64,000 bases of DNA from a virus (lineage: Duplodnaviria; Caudoviricetes). How positions within the stretch are numbered: position 1 is the stretch's first letter; each line of letters opens with the position of its first letter. Of the stretch, positions 34,206 to 47,198 are shown one piece after another. The DNA lies in IMG/VR virus record IMGVR_UViG_3300033463_000039, positions 1 through 64,000 of that record. One strand, written 5' to 3'. The notes under the pieces are model-generated. The model saw nothing but the letters and a program-made list of their open reading frames with translations. It did not search any database and was not told where the DNA came from. The translations under genes were made by a program, and so were the position numbers.

Positions 34206-34224
34206 TTTTTATCTCCTTTTCAAT

Positions 34225-35268
34225 CTAATCTTCTTCTATCTTTAATTGAATTTTCTTTTCTAATTCATTATAATCTAAATTAGGTTTTTCTTTAGAAAAC
34301 ATTAATTCTATAAAGTCATCTAAAGTCATTTTAAATATAATACCTTGTGTATGTGTAGCCTTACTTAACATTGATTGTGAATAAGCATTTTTGTAATCAT
34401 CTTCACTTATATAAGGTTGAATTTGTTTATAATAATCATAGAAGAAATCTCTTGATAAATCTTCTATTGTATCTATTGTTATTTGAGGAACCTCTTTTGC
34501 AAGAGCAACATTGTAATATATAAAACAAGAGAATACAGTTTCTAATGCGGCGGCCGCTATTTCTTTCATAGTGACGCCCTCTCTTTGTGCTACATCATAA
34601 GCATGATGCAAATTATAAATATAACCTGGAGTACAGATTCCATATTCATAGTCATTATTACCTCTTCTTGTTATTGAGGTCTCATTATAATGCCATTCAT
34701 AGGTTGGGAAGGAGAAGATTTTACCGCCTTCTTCTCCCATTTCATGCAAGGCAATTAATTGACATTGAGAATTAAATCCAACATCTTCATTACTTCCTGT
34801 TGGAGTAAATCTTATATTGTGTTCTTGTAAAAAACTTCTTCTATACATATGACCAAATAATCAAACTAAGTTTGCATTTACAGGTGCTTGTTGACCTACC
34901 TCTTTTCCAATTTGTATAAATGGACTTATTACAAACTTAGCACTTGAATCTTTAAGAATTTTACTTAACATTGATAAAGAACAAGCTTCATAAAATGTAT
35001 CATCTGAATCTATGAAAGTTATATAATCTCCATTTGTATGGTCTATGCCATATTGTCTTGCATAACCAACTCCTCTATTTTCTCCATAATTAAGTTCTTG
35101 AATATCAATAAATGACTTAAATTGATTAACTATCTCTTTATAATCTTTTCCGCCATCATTGACTATTGTAACTTTTAATTCTTTTCTATTTAATTGCATA
35201 ACAATACTTGCTAAAGTTCTTATAATTGTCTCATGTGAATTGTATGCAGGAATTATTATATCTATCAT
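34225..35268 (-). CDS. GT2 glycosyltransferase (TGA=Trp)
   Basis: IIIPAYN, VNDG, ARQYG, FIDSDD, NED. Two track ORFs joined by one TGA. Confidence 0.85.
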
Positions 35269-35296
35269 TTTTATACCTTCTTTCTTTCTATTTATT

Positions 35297-36841
35297 TTAA
35301 TAAGTTCAACCTGCAGCTGTTAATTCTGTTCATCTGTTTTGATACCTTGTATTTGCAATATTTGTTGAATAAAAAGGACTTTGAGAATATGTATTTCTAA
35401 GATTTTTATATGCAGAATAAATATTAGTACTATTTAAAAGCATATTTATAATATTTTGAATAGAAGCATCTGATAAATTATTACATGCTCTAAACATACC
35501 ACTTAGATATTGTAAATTTGTTGAACTAGAAATAGAAACATCAACTAAATTATAACAATTTGTAAACATTTGTCCTGCCGACTCTTTTATTCCTAAAATA
35601 TTAATATTTGTAGCAGAAATTAAATTAAAACAATTAGTAAAAAAACCATACCCATTAGCATTTATAAAACTAATATTAGAAACATTTGTTAAATTAGTAT
35701 TTTGAAAGGCAAGAAGAGGTCCATAAAACATATTTTCAAAAATAACATTAAAAATTTTTTCTAAACCAGAATCACGAAACATTCCTGAAATATTTACATT
35801 TGATCCAAATATTTTTAAATTAGATATTTCTTTTATATTAGAACAATGGTCATACATATAACGCATATCTATAACATTAATAGTATTAAAATTAGGAATA
35901 GAAGTTAATTTTGAACAAAAATAAAACATATTACTCATATTTGTAACATTAGAAAGGTCAAAATTAGGTATAGATACTAAATTAGAACAACGACCAAAAG
36001 TAAAATATGTATTTGTAACTTTAGAAGTGTTAAAGTTAGGAACAGAAGTCAAATTATTACAAAGATTAAACATAAAACTCATATTTGTAACTTTAGAAGT
36101 ATCTAAATTGGGAATTGTATTTAAATTATAGCAAAGCTCAAACATATGACTCATATTTGTAACATTTATAGTATTTAAATTGGAAATAGAAGTTAAATTA
36201 TGACAACCGCCAAACATATTGCCCATGTCTATAACATTAGAAGTATTTAAGTCAGGAATCGTATTTAAGTTATAACAATCATCAAACATATAACTCATAT
36301 TTGTAACATTTATAGTATTTAAATTGGGAATAGAAGTTAAATTAAAACAATTAGCAAACATTCCCCCCATATTCTTTACATTAGAAGTATCTCAACTAGG
36401 AATTGTATCTAAAAACAGACAACGTTCAAACATATAATACATATTATTTACTTTAGAAGTATTTCAATCTGGTAGATTTGTATTCTTTAAATAATAACAG
36501 TTAAAAAACATACGACTCATATTTACAACATTAGATGTATTTCAATTAGGAATATTTGGGAAAGGACTTATTTGATTACATCCATAAAAAAACTCTTGTG
36601 CATTTGTTCCTAATTTTACATCTTCAGGAAATTTTTTAACTAATTTTTGAAAAGAGGTAACGTTTGTTGTTAAAACATAATAATCATTTAAATTAACTCC
36701 AGTTTGAATATTCTCTATTTTACTAGCAAAACTTCTAAAACTATCTCCACTATTAACAGTTTGTCCTTTATTAACTATTGCATTTTTTATTAAACTTTTT
36801 GTGTTACTTAAATAATTTAATTTATCTGCGGTAGTTCCCAT
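35297..36841 (-). CDS. DUF285/BspA-like repeat protein (TGA=Trp)
   Basis: One frame. About 22-aa repeats of the form IP.(W/L/F)NTS.VTNMS.MF..C..L.. Confidence 0.8.
35860..36560 (-). repeat. Degenerate ~66-bp tandem coding repeats (about ten units)
   Basis: Recurring AAACAT...CATATTTGTAAC...AGAAGT units on the + strand. Confidence 0.75.
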
Positions 36842-38073
36842 TAAATCACCTCCCCATTAATAGCATTTAATGCACTATCTATATTTCCTATGGCTGTATT
36901 TAATTCTGATTTTGTTGCATAAGTTTCTGTTATATCATTATAATTTTTATCATAAATAGCTGTACCTGCAGAGTTAGCAGAGTTAGCAGAAGTTGCTCCC
37001 GCTGCTCATTCAGCAATACCTGCGCTAGGTGTAAAAAGTCAAATACCATCATAAAAATCATTTCATTTATAAATAGGATGATGAACATCTAATTCTATTT
37101 GATATTTACTAGAAGCCCTTCCTAAATATATAAATATAAATTCAATTACCTCAGAAGTTTCTCCCGTTTGTATTTCTATACTAGGATCTTCATTGGGCAA
37201 TTCTTGAACAATACTACTTCTTTCTAAATAATTAGATGAAGAAACATTTGCATATAAAGAAGCCCATCCATTTTGATATTGTGCTTTTATATAAACAGGC
37301 AATCCTGCTGTTAAAGCTGTAGTTCCAGCAGTCCCATCAGATTGAATATTCATTGAATATCTACAATCAAAGTTAACATGCTGATATAAGGCACTCGCAC
37401 CAGCATTACTTCCTGCACTAACAGCAGTCGTTGAACTATAATAATATATAGGAGCTCAAGGATCAAATCCATATGAATTTAATGCTTTTGCATAATTTGT
37501 AGTTGCATTATTAACATTGTTATAAGGAATTATTTGTCCTCAAGAATCAGTAAAACATAATTGATATCTATATAAAGAAGTACCAGTAGGCACCTTCAAA
37601 GTTGCATTATTATCTCTTAATTGATAAACATTTGTAGTATCATAATCTTCCATCTGTCAACAGCCAGTATAAGTTGTTGCAGATGAACTATTTGCATATC
37701 CTGTTGCGGTCTGAGTTGCATTATACGTTAAAGTAATTGTTCCTCCAACCCCATATCTAGTACTTATCATACTATTAACATTATATACAACAGGATGATC
37801 TCCTAATCCATTAACATTTAATACTGTTCCATATGTACCATTTCCAGCAACAGGAATCTTAAAAGCTATTGTTAATCCACTATATAAACTTGTTATACGA
37901 TTATCATTAACTGTTGTATATCATTTTGATGATGTATAAGGAGATGAGGTGACTGCGGCGGTCCCGCTTACGTTTGACAAGAAAAATATTCCATCAGGCA
38001 TTGATTGATTTGCATATAATTTACCTACTATTCGCGCGTCACCTGTAACTATAAGGTCTTTAAAATTTGCCAT
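36841..38073 (-). CDS. Tail fibre/adhesin-like protein (TGA=Trp)
   Basis: One frame from MANFKDLIVTGDAR. Shares its N-terminal domain with the 44755-45213 gene. Confidence 0.55.
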
Positions 38074-38092
38074 ATCCTTTTACCTCCTTTTC

Positions 38093-38737
38093 TTAAATTT
38101 CTATAAAATTATTAGCTATTGTATCTTGATTATTAAAGATTTTAGCTATATCTGTAGTAATTAAACTATCATTATCTATTCTAATATAAATATCTAAATA
38201 TCCAGTTGTTACTGTTAATCCATTCCAACCAGGAATTCCACTATTATAAGCAGCTCAAGCCCCAACAGCTCCTCATCAATTACCACTATTTGCATTATTT
38301 TGGCAAAGATAAGTTGAACTTGTTTTTTTATATAAACCACCCATATTACTTCCCATAGAAGAATATCCAGATGTAGTTATTTTAGTAATATCTGCTGCGT
38401 CAACATCTGCAAAAACACATGTCATTGGATTTGCAGTTTGAATTCATCTATATTTAGCTTCTGTTGCAGAAGATGTTGTCTTTTGTTTAACCATTAATTC
38501 TCATTCTGTAAAACTATTGCAAGCATTTATATTAAATCACATATCAGAATTTTTATAAACACCATTTACAAAAGTGTCTGAATCTGAAAATAAATTAGTA
38601 GATGGATTATTATGATGAAAAATTTGTAATCATATTGAACCATCAGGTTCTTCAATAGTAATAGGAGTTATAATTGTTCTAAAAGAATAATTAGAAAATT
38701 CATTACTAGATCATATTCCATTTTTATGTATGCTCAT
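38093..38737 (-). CDS. Trp-rich fibre-associated protein (many TGA; absent from track)
   Basis: MSIHKNGIWSS...EPDGSIWLQIFHHN...YRWIQTANPW...GNWWGAVGAW...ANNFIEI*. Confidence 0.65.
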
Positions 38738-38740
38738 TAA

Positions 38741-40585
38741 TTATTCCTCCTTAAATTCATATGAATACATATTTCCTTCATTATCTATTATACCACTAAT
38801 TTCGTAAAGTTTCAAGATGTCATCTGCAGAAAGAGCTGTACAGTATATGCGGACGTCGCTTAGAGATCCATAGATCTGGTTTCCCGCTCCCGCAGCCGCA
38901 TTTGTTGAGCTATTTCCTATTGATGCATTTGTTCCAATCTGAATTAAATCTCCTATTGAAGATGAACTTCCATCTAAAGCTCCATTTATATATATTTTTT
39001 TAGTATTATTATTTTTATCATAAACACAAGCTATAAAAGTTCATGTATTTATATCTACTGTTCCAGTTTGGAAAAATTGACTATTTCCACCTGTATCAAA
39101 TCTAATTTTTTTGCTATCTAAATAAAAAACACTAAATCCACTTCCTACTGTTGTTCTATCATTATATAAAGCCATATTACTTGCTTGAGTTGGATTAAAT
39201 CAACAAGTAAAAGTAAATGCATCTGTTGAAGAATTCAATGGGCTTGACAGATAATGTAAATATCCATAGTCACTAAAATCAGTACTCCCCGCATATCTAG
39301 GACTATCAGTGTTAAAAACTAAACTTCCATATTGAGTTCCATTATAGTCAAAACCACTTACATCTCGAGAACATATATTATTAAAACCTAACTTATTATA
39401 ATCTGTTTCATTTATATTAGGAATCCAATAAGTAGTACCATCTGCTAGAGATAATCTAGCATTTCTATATACTCTTGTTGTAACTTCATCTCATCCTTGA
39501 GAAAGAGCAATATGTAAATTTTTATCTGTAGTACCAACATCCGGCATAGTAAAAGTTCCATAATATCTATGTCATTCTGAATCGGTCGCTGTAGTATCTT
39601 CATTAATTGGAACAAAGTTACTATAAAAAGCAGTTCCTGTTCCTTGATAAAATCCTCTTATTCTTGCAGTTGTTGCTGCTCCTTTTATATCAATACTAAA
39701 AGTAACTTTTGTTCCAGCTGGAATTAAAGTATTAGCATTTTCTAAATCAATCATTCTTCCATTATTAGGATTTCCTGTTTGATTTCCTGGAGTCGTAACA
39801 GAAAATCCTTCTGAAGTAAAAGAAGATGAGTTAACATTATTAATTGTTCCAACACTTCAATTTCTAGTATTAAAACTTGTTGGAGATTCTGTTAAACGAG
39901 AAGGATAAAGTAAATTCGGATTAGCTCCAACACCTTCCAATTTATAATGAGCACATAAACCTTTAGCAATTTCTTTAATTTGTTTTTGTGATAAACATTC
40001 ATTATATATTCTTACATCATTCATATATCTTTGAGAACTTGTTGAAATTACATTTGTTTCATAATTAAACCCAGTATATTGAGAATAATTCATGGTTTTT
40101 CCTGTTAAAGTTGCATATAAATTTCCATTTTTATAAATTTTAACCTCTCCAGGTTTGTAAGTAACTGCTAAATGAATTCAAGTTCTAACTTCAAAAAAAT
40201 CTGCTCAAACCCCTCCAACAGTAGTTTCTGTTGTTGTTTTTTCTACATTTGTATATTTAATTCAACTTAAATGCAAATCATCTGCATTTGGATATTGAAA
40301 AATGCTATATAATCGAGGATTTGTTGAACGACCAAAAAAACAATTATTTCCACTTACTACAGTGCCTGCATCAACAGGAATATAAATTCAACAACAATAA
40401 CTAAAAGCTTCATCTGAAAAAAGTTCTTCTGCTTGCTCAGAAGTTCATTTAAAACCTCCTGTAGTTAAACATTGTCCTGTTTTTCCATTTGTATAGGCAG
40501 GAGTTGTTACTATTGTTCCTTCTGCATTTCCAATTCCTTGATTATGTATATGTCCATTAAGAGGATATCATGCTATTAATGCCAT
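38741..40585 (-). CDS. Tandem LamG/concanavalin-like receptor-binding protein (TGA=Trp)
   Basis: MALIAWYPLNG, WIHLAVTY, NDVRIYNECLS, WTFIACVY...YINGAL...SDVRIYCTALS. Confidence 0.75.
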
Positions 40586-40596
40586 TTAATTACCTC

Positions 40597-41466
40597 CTAT
40601 GCAAAAACAAACTCTATACATTTGTCTGTTGAATTATATTGCATTGTTGCGGCAGTCCCGCCAACTTGCACTGATTTAGTAGTTAAAACACCACTTGTTG
40701 CATAAACCTCATTATCTGAATAAGTCTGTGGATTAGCTGCTTGACTTGTTGCTCCAACTAAATATATCTTAGATGATGTATCTGTTGAGCCTGTAGTATT
40801 TTTTGTATCTGCTCAATGTGTCCAAGAAATTGATGATGTATTATAATCAACTGTTGCTATATATGGATAATTATCTCCTTGAACCCAACATATTAATTTA
40901 TATCTATAATCAGTAGTTGAAGCAAACCTATTCATATAAACTTCACAAACAAAACCTGCATCTGTATTTCCTGTAGGCTTATCACTTATTCCACTAGAAC
41001 CACCATCATATTTACATATTCACCTACAATATTGTTTATAATTAGTGGAACTAACTACTAATGCTTTTGTCCTATCTAATAAAGAAATATTTGTACTAGT
41101 TATATCTACACTTTCTATATCTACTTTTTTATCTATGTTTGTAGAAACTGTATTAATTTGATCTGTTACATAATTATAAATAGTTTGTCCTGTAACTAAT
41201 CCAGTTGCTGTACTACTAATACCTACATTTATAGATTTTATTGCTGCTTCTCCTAGCTGGGCAATTCCATTTTGATCAACGACAGAATAAAAAGCATCTC
41301 CAGTTTCTGTTAATTTTGTATATCCTACGTCAGCAACTCCACCCGCATCGCCAGGAATTAAATATAATTCATTTGGATTAACTTTTCCTTCATCTACTAA
41401 ATAATCAAAAACATCTTGGTTAGCAACTTTATTTATAACAAGGTTTGGTATATTATTTTCTGTCAT
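40597..41466 (-). CDS. Tail fibre-like protein (TGA=Trp)
   Basis: NPNELYL, DTKNTTGSTDTSSKIYLVGA...MQYNSTDKCIEFVFA*. Confidence 0.6.
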
Positions 41467-41561
41467 ATACTTTAAGCCTCCTTTTATTTCCAAAAATTAA
41501 TTAATTTCTATTTTATATGAAAAAAACTTAAATATAATTAAAATAATTAGGCCAAAAGAAA

Positions 41562-41589
41562 AAAGGATAGATTTTTTAATCTATCCTTT
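41562..41589 (-). terminator. Intrinsic terminator
   Basis: AAAGGATAGATT...AATCTATCCTTT hairpin with a T-run on the - strand. Confidence 0.65.
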
Positions 41590-42996
41590 AACTCAATTTT
41601 TAGTTGAATCAAACACATTTGTTAAATCTGATTGTTGAACTCAACTACCATTAACTTTTTTATATGCTTTTGAACATTGTGTTCAATTTCCATTCACTTT
41701 AAAATATAATTTTGATTGTGAACCACCACCGCCAATAGTAACAGCAATAGTAGCATTTCCGCTAACAGTATATGAATAAGTATAATAATTAAGAGTTCCT
41801 CCATAAGTATAGGTTACTTTTCAAGTTATACCTAAAATTCTTCCTCCATAATAGCCAACTATAAATCTTAATTGTGCATCTTGGAGATCTTCTCTTGTTC
41901 AGGTTCCTGGATCGTTAATTGTTATAGTTTGATTGCTAGTACTAGTAAAAGATTGTCGAGTAGATTTTAATTCACTTCCACAATATAATTCTATATCTGC
42001 ATGTCTAGCACTTTCTGAAGTACTTTCTGTTGCCCCATAGCATTTAACTTCTACCGCAGTTACTTCTGCATCATTAGGTAATCCACTAAAATCAAAAGGA
42101 TAATTCATTCATCCCATTGTATTAGCATCATTAGTTCCATCTTTTACATAAGTATTACTTGTATTAGAAGTAGAATAAGGACTTTCTGCAGAATGTCCAA
42201 TAGCATATCTCAATCAAGCATCACTTGATGTACTAGAATTTTGATAAAAGGCTCCTCCACTTCTATAAAACCCTGTCGTTACATCACTTCCTGCGACAGC
42301 GGAAGAGCTAGTAGAGGTTCCTCCTGAATAATGACCTATTAATTCAGAAGTTACATCTATTCCATTATTAGTTACTGTAACTGTATCCGATTTTGTTGTT
42401 GGAGTTATTGTTAAAGTATATTCATCTCCATCATAATATGTCTGTGCTCCACTTGGACTTATTGTACCATTTCCGCTCAATGTAGTAGTAATAGTTCTAG
42501 GGTCAGGATTTGTATAATCTACTTCAATTTCAGCACCATAACAATAAAAATAACCTGTTGTATTTCTACTTGATCTTCTAACATAAATCATAATAGTAAA
42601 ATCATCATCATAATTTGCTATTTGTTGTCATGTTAAAGCACCAGTTGGAATAGTAATTGTTGTTACAGAAGTCCCAAAGTTTGTACTCGCAGTTGTATTA
42701 GAAATAGCAGAAGTTCCATTTGCTAATCTAGGTGCATAAGATGTATTTGTTGATAATCCACTTTCAGAACCTTTTATTTTTACTGTAAAAGAATTTATTA
42801 CAGCTCCACTAGGAATATCATCAAAATTAAAACCTCTTAAATATAAATATCTTGAAGAGGTAGATGCATAAGTATTTGTAATAGTTGCATATGTAGTGTT
42901 ATCTGTATTATGATACATATTTTCAGCATTAGATACAGATAAATAATTCGTACTTGAAACTGCATATGTACTTGGTACTAATCTAATTGTTGCCAT
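41581..42996 (-). CDS. Ser/Thr-rich structural protein with two related beta-sandwich domains (TGA=Trp)
   Basis: Three track ORFs in one frame. FNFDDIPSGAVINS and FDFSGLPNDAEVTA are related segments. C-terminal KVNGNW/KVNGSW repeats. Confidence 0.6.
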
Positions 42997-43009
42997 TTTC
43001 TACCTCCTT

Positions 43010-44740
43010 CTAACTTGTTTGTAAATATATATCTCCATTAACTCCAAGAGAGCTTGATGGAGCGCTCGAACCAGTATAGTAATGTTGAATTACTAAACTC
43101 CCAGTTATTTTTGAACCATTAACATAAGCAGTTTTACCACTTACTATATCTGTTGCGGCGGCCGTGGCATCAGAAGTATAAGATCCAGTTACATTAAAAA
43201 TTTGCACTCCTGTTTTAATATTAGCTGCTGTTAAATCACTATCTCCTGCAATTGTTTGAGTCCCTGTTAAATAAGTTCCTGAAGCTATCGTTTGATTAGT
43301 AGTTCCAGGTGTAATAGTGGCTGCCGCCTTAGTAGTTACAGAAGCTGTTAAAGCTACTGTTGCTGTACTTGCAGTTGCACTTGATACATAACCAGTACTA
43401 ACAGTAGGGGTTGTTGTAACTCCTGTTTTTGTTAATGTAATTGTATTTGTCCCTGTACTTACAGTAGCACTAGATCCTGATAAACTTGTAGGACCTGTTG
43501 CACTACCATTTGCAACTGCATTTATTTTATAATAACCTCCCGCAGAATTATATCCTGGAGGAATATTTATATATTGATCTGAAGTACTTCTACTTACTGT
43601 TGCTTTTGATGTATATCCTGATGTAGCACTTGCCGCAGTAGAAGTTGGTAAAGTCATTGTACTAACTGATTTACTTGCTTGAGAAGCATAATATCCAGCT
43701 GGTACTGTTACAGTAGCTCCTGAAGTTGTTAAGTCTGATGAACTTTTTCTTGCAATTCCACTACCTACATATGTTGGAGAAATTCCTGCAACTTTAACTG
43801 AGTTTGTATCAATAAAAGTTCCATAAGATCCTATCTCTTGTTCTGATTCTGTAGGAGTTATAGTCATATCCGTGTCAATAACAGTAAGACCTGTTATATC
43901 ACTAGGATGAAAAGTATTGTGAATATTTGAATAATCTAAATAACCTTGAGTTGTAACAGGAGTTATAGCATAAAAATTTCCATCTCTTTCAGAATATTCT
44001 AAAGTACCGTCTCCAAGAACAGCTTCACTAACTGTTGTAGATGCATTTGAAGAATAATAACCAGCCGGAGCTGTAATAATAGCATCATGATCAACTACTT
44101 CTGTTTCTAAATCAGAAGAACTTCTTCTTGTTATTCCACTTCCAACATAACTACTACTAATAGCATTAACAGTTACTGTCCCCAATCCACTATATCCTGA
44201 ATCTGCAGTAATTGATTGTTGAGATTCTGTTGGGCTAACTGTCTTATTTTGATTATTTATTGATGAAGGTACATTAACAGTAACCTTACTTAAATATTTT
44301 CCTGTTGAAGGTGTTACAGTTCCATTTGATACAGCAGTTTTTTCTTCAGTTTGAATTGCGGCAACTGTAACTGCACCAGTTGTATACGTATTTGCGGCAA
44401 CCGCACTTTGAGAAGAAGTTGTCGGGGTTATTGTAGTAGCTCCTTGTGTAGTTAGTTGTTTTGTTGCACTACTTGAATAGTAACCGCTTGGAGCAGTTAT
44501 CAATCCAGTATTGCTTACTGTCAAATCTGAACTAGATTTTCTAGCAACACCGCTTCCTACATAACTAGAGCTAATTGCATCTACTGTAACAGCAGACAAT
44601 CCATCATAACCTGTGTCTGGAGTTACTGTAATTTGACTCTCAGTTGGAGTAATTTCTTTAGTCTGCATTGAAGGCGCAGAAGAGGAAACAAATTGAACAT
44701 TAACTCCGCCTATTTTATTTTCACCTAAATATAACGCCAT
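43010..44740 (-). CDS. Ser/Thr-rich repetitive fibre/decoration protein
   Basis: Repeats PTES.Q....D.GY.GL..VTV and AISSSYVGSG..R.SSSDL...APxGYY. C-terminal GDIYLQ. Confidence 0.65.
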   Translation of the reverse strand: MALYLGENKIGGVNVQFVSSSAPSMQTKEITPTESQITVTPDTGYDGLSAVTVDAISSSYVGSGVARKSSSDLTVSNTGLITAPSGYYSSSATKQLTTQGATTITPTTSSQSAVAANTYTTGAVTVAAIQTEEKTAVSNGTVTPSTGKYLSKVTVNVPSSINNQNKTVSPTESQQSITADSGYSGLGTVTVNAISSSYVGSGITRRSSSDLETEVVDHDAIITAPAGYYSSNASTTVSEAVLGDGTLEYSERDGNFYAITPVTTQGYLDYSNIHNTFHPSDITGLTVIDTDMTITPTESEQEIGSYGTFIDTNSVKVAGISPTYVGSGIARKSSSDLTTSGATVTVPAGYYASQASKSVSTMTLPTSTAASATSGYTSKATVSRSTSDQYINIPPGYNSAGGYYKINAVANGSATGPTSLSGSSATVSTGTNTITLTKTGVTTTPTVSTGYVSSATASTATVALTASVTTKAAATITPGTTNQTIASGTYLTGTQTIAGDSDLTAANIKTGVQIFNVTGSYTSDATAAATDIVSGKTAYVNGSKITGSLVIQHYYTGSSAPSSSLGVNGDIYLQTS

Positions 44741-44754
44741 TTATTTCCTCCTTT

Positions 44755-45213
44755 CTATGTGCTTGATGGAATGTCACTTTGAGTTCATTCTCTTATTATA
44801 ATTCTATTATAATCCATTACTTGTCAACAACCTGTTGATGAAGTGGCAGTTGAACCATTATTATACCAAGAAGCAGTTTGACTTGAATTATAAACCATAG
44901 CAATATGACTACCCACTTCATATCTTGAACCAATCATACTATTTTTATTATATACAACAGGTTTAAAACCTAATGAATTTATTTGAAAAACAGTCCCATA
45001 GTTTTCATCTCCTAAAACTGGAACTTTAACATCAACCACCATTCCGTCTGAATAAGCTGTTACATCACTATCGGTTACAGTTCATTTTGCTGAAGTATAA
45101 GGGGAATCGGTCACTGCCGCAGTCCCCATTACACTTCTATAAACTCTATATATCCTATGGATAGTTCCATCTTTTATATTTTCAAAAGAATCTAACTTAT
45201 TTAAAATTTTCAT
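44755..45213 (-). CDS. Small fibre-domain protein, paralogous to the N-terminus of 36841-38073 (TGA=Trp)
   Basis: GTAAVTDSPYTSAKW...KVPVLG...PVVYNKNSMIGSRY. Confidence 0.65.
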
Positions 45214-45229
45214 AAGCTAAACCTCCTTA

Positions 45230-46735
45230 CTATCCAATAACAACTACTTGATATGTCTTTCCTGTTGCTACTGCTTGTGCAAAGCCAATAGTAACTTTAC
45301 TTGTTGATGTTCTTGTAACATCTACCATAACTTCATCATAGGTTGTAGCATCATAAACTTGAACAATAACATCTCTGCTTCCTAAATTATGAGTTACTTC
45401 AAAACTTGTTTTACTGCTATCTCCTGTTAATGTAGTTGAATATTTCTTTAAAATTGTTACTGCTGAACCATATTCTGAAATATGTCCATTTTTATCTATT
45501 TTAATTGGATAAACTCCACTTATTGTTTGTGCACTATTTAATACATTACTGTGTCCTACTGTAATTGAACCACTTGTTGTTACAGGACCTCCGCTTACAG
45601 ATAAACCACCATTAGTTGCATTTGCAAGATTTACACTAGTTACAGTACCTGTATTAGTTGTATATCCTTGATTACTTGCACCAGTTACTCTACCATATTT
45701 ATCAACTGTAATACCTTGATATGTTCCAGGTGTAACAGCTGTTTTAGTTAAATATAAAGTACCTGTTGTAGTAATTGTACCACCATCAGTTGTAGTATCT
45801 GCGCTAGTTGTATTTAAACCAGCTCCTGCAGTGATTTGAGTTACATCTACATCGTCACCAGATGGTACATAAGCCCATGTTGGAGTTGTTGCTGTAGCAA
45901 TAAATAAATCTCCTACTTTTGCAGCTTGACTTGCATAAGTTCCTGCAGTTACTATTTTATAAGTATCACCAACTTTAACTCCTGTTGTAGGTAAAGTTGT
46001 ACCAGCTGTTCCTCCAGTACCAACAGTACCTTTGAAGAACATTCCTCCTGCAAGACCTGCTAAATCTGCGGCGGTTGCTATTTTATTTGAAGTTGCGTTA
46101 TATGCTGTCATATAACTTAAATCATTTGTTAAATCTGTTAATTTTGTTGGTAATGCTGCACTTGTTATATATCCATCTGGATTAGTAGCATTATAAGGTG
46201 TATAACCTAATGCTGTTGTTACATCTGATCCAGTAATTCCACTAATAAATCCATCTGGGTTTGTAGCATTGTATGGAGTATAACCAAGAGCAGTAGTAAT
46301 ATCTGTGCTATCAATTCCTGTAATAAATCCACTATCATTTGTTAATTCACTTACCGCGGTTGGGATTGTTTGAGCGGCGCCCGCACCTGTTATATGTCCA
46401 TGTGCATCAAATGTAATTGGATAAATACCTTGAGTAGTTTTAGCTGTTGTTGTATTAGCATGTTGAATATCAATAGTACCTGAAGAAGTGATTGGACTTC
46501 CAGATATAGTTAATGTTGAATCATTAGATGAAACAGCTACACTAGTTACACTACCTTCTTGGTCATTCATTTTAACCCAAGCTGTTCCATTATAAATATA
46601 GAAAGCTTTTTGAGTTGTATTAAAATATATTTGACCTGCGACAGGATTAGATGGTGCAGATGCTAAATTCTGAATAACAGAATTTTGCAATTCGTTCTTG
46701 TTTAAATCAATATCTGTTAAAAATACCTTTGCCAT
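45230..46735 (-). CDS. Structural fibre protein
   Basis: IDLNKNELQN...APSNPVAGQIYFNT, duplicated TTALGYTPYNATNPDG, ITVDKYGRVT, C-terminal VTHNLG..DVIVQVYD. Confidence 0.65.
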   Translation of the reverse strand: MAKVFLTDIDLNKNELQNSVIQNLASAPSNPVAGQIYFNTTQKAFYIYNGTAWVKMNDQEGSVTSVAVSSNDSTLTISGSPITSSGTIDIQHANTTTAKTTQGIYPITFDAHGHITGAGAAQTIPTAVSELTNDSGFITGIDSTDITTALGYTPYNATNPDGFISGITGSDVTTALGYTPYNATNPDGYITSAALPTKLTDLTNDLSYMTAYNATSNKIATAADLAGLAGGMFFKGTVGTGGTAGTTLPTTGVKVGDTYKIVTAGTYASQAAKVGDLFIATATTPTWAYVPSGDDVDVTQITAGAGLNTTSADTTTDGGTITTTGTLYLTKTAVTPGTYQGITVDKYGRVTGASNQGYTTNTGTVTSVNLANATNGGLSVSGGPVTTSGSITVGHSNVLNSAQTISGVYPIKIDKNGHISEYGSAVTILKKYSTTLTGDSSKTSFEVTHNLGSRDVIVQVYDATTYDEVMVDVTRTSTSKVTIGFAQAVATGKTYQVVVIG

Positions 46736-46754
46736 ATTTTTTTTTTCCTTTCTT

Positions 46755-47192
46755 TTAATTTAAAGTGGCGCTTCCTTTAAAAGCTCCTGAGAAAGTTATT
46801 GTTACTTGATTTGCGTCATCATAAGCAACATCTCCAATAACTTCTTCTCCTGCGCTATCTATAACTGTCACGCTAGGATATTTGTTCAGATTATGAACAA
46901 TAACTCATACATCTGAAGCTGTTGTTTGTTTGTAATAAAAATTTTTATCTTCTACAATATTTAATTCTTCTGAAGTCTTATTTCCCTCTAATACGACACC
47001 ATTTATTTGAGGTTTATTTGTTAATCTATTATAGTTCCCTGCAGAACCTTCTGCCATAGTCTTAACTTTTATACCCTTTTTTTTCGATAAATCTACCTCA
47101 AGGGTATCTGCGCTATTCAAATCAGCAGTTATTGTTTGAGGAGTACCAATAGTAACTACCAAATTTTCTCTATTATCTTGAGGATATGCCAT
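46755..47192 (-). CDS. Structural protein (TGA=Trp)
   Basis: YNRLTNKPQINGVVLEGNKTSEEL, then WVIVHNLNKYPSVTVID. Confidence 0.65.
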
Positions 47193-47198
47193 AGTTTA

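Noticed and set aside
35860-36560. CRISPR array
   Set aside because: The repeats are degenerate in-frame coding repeats without unique spacers, and there are no cas genes.
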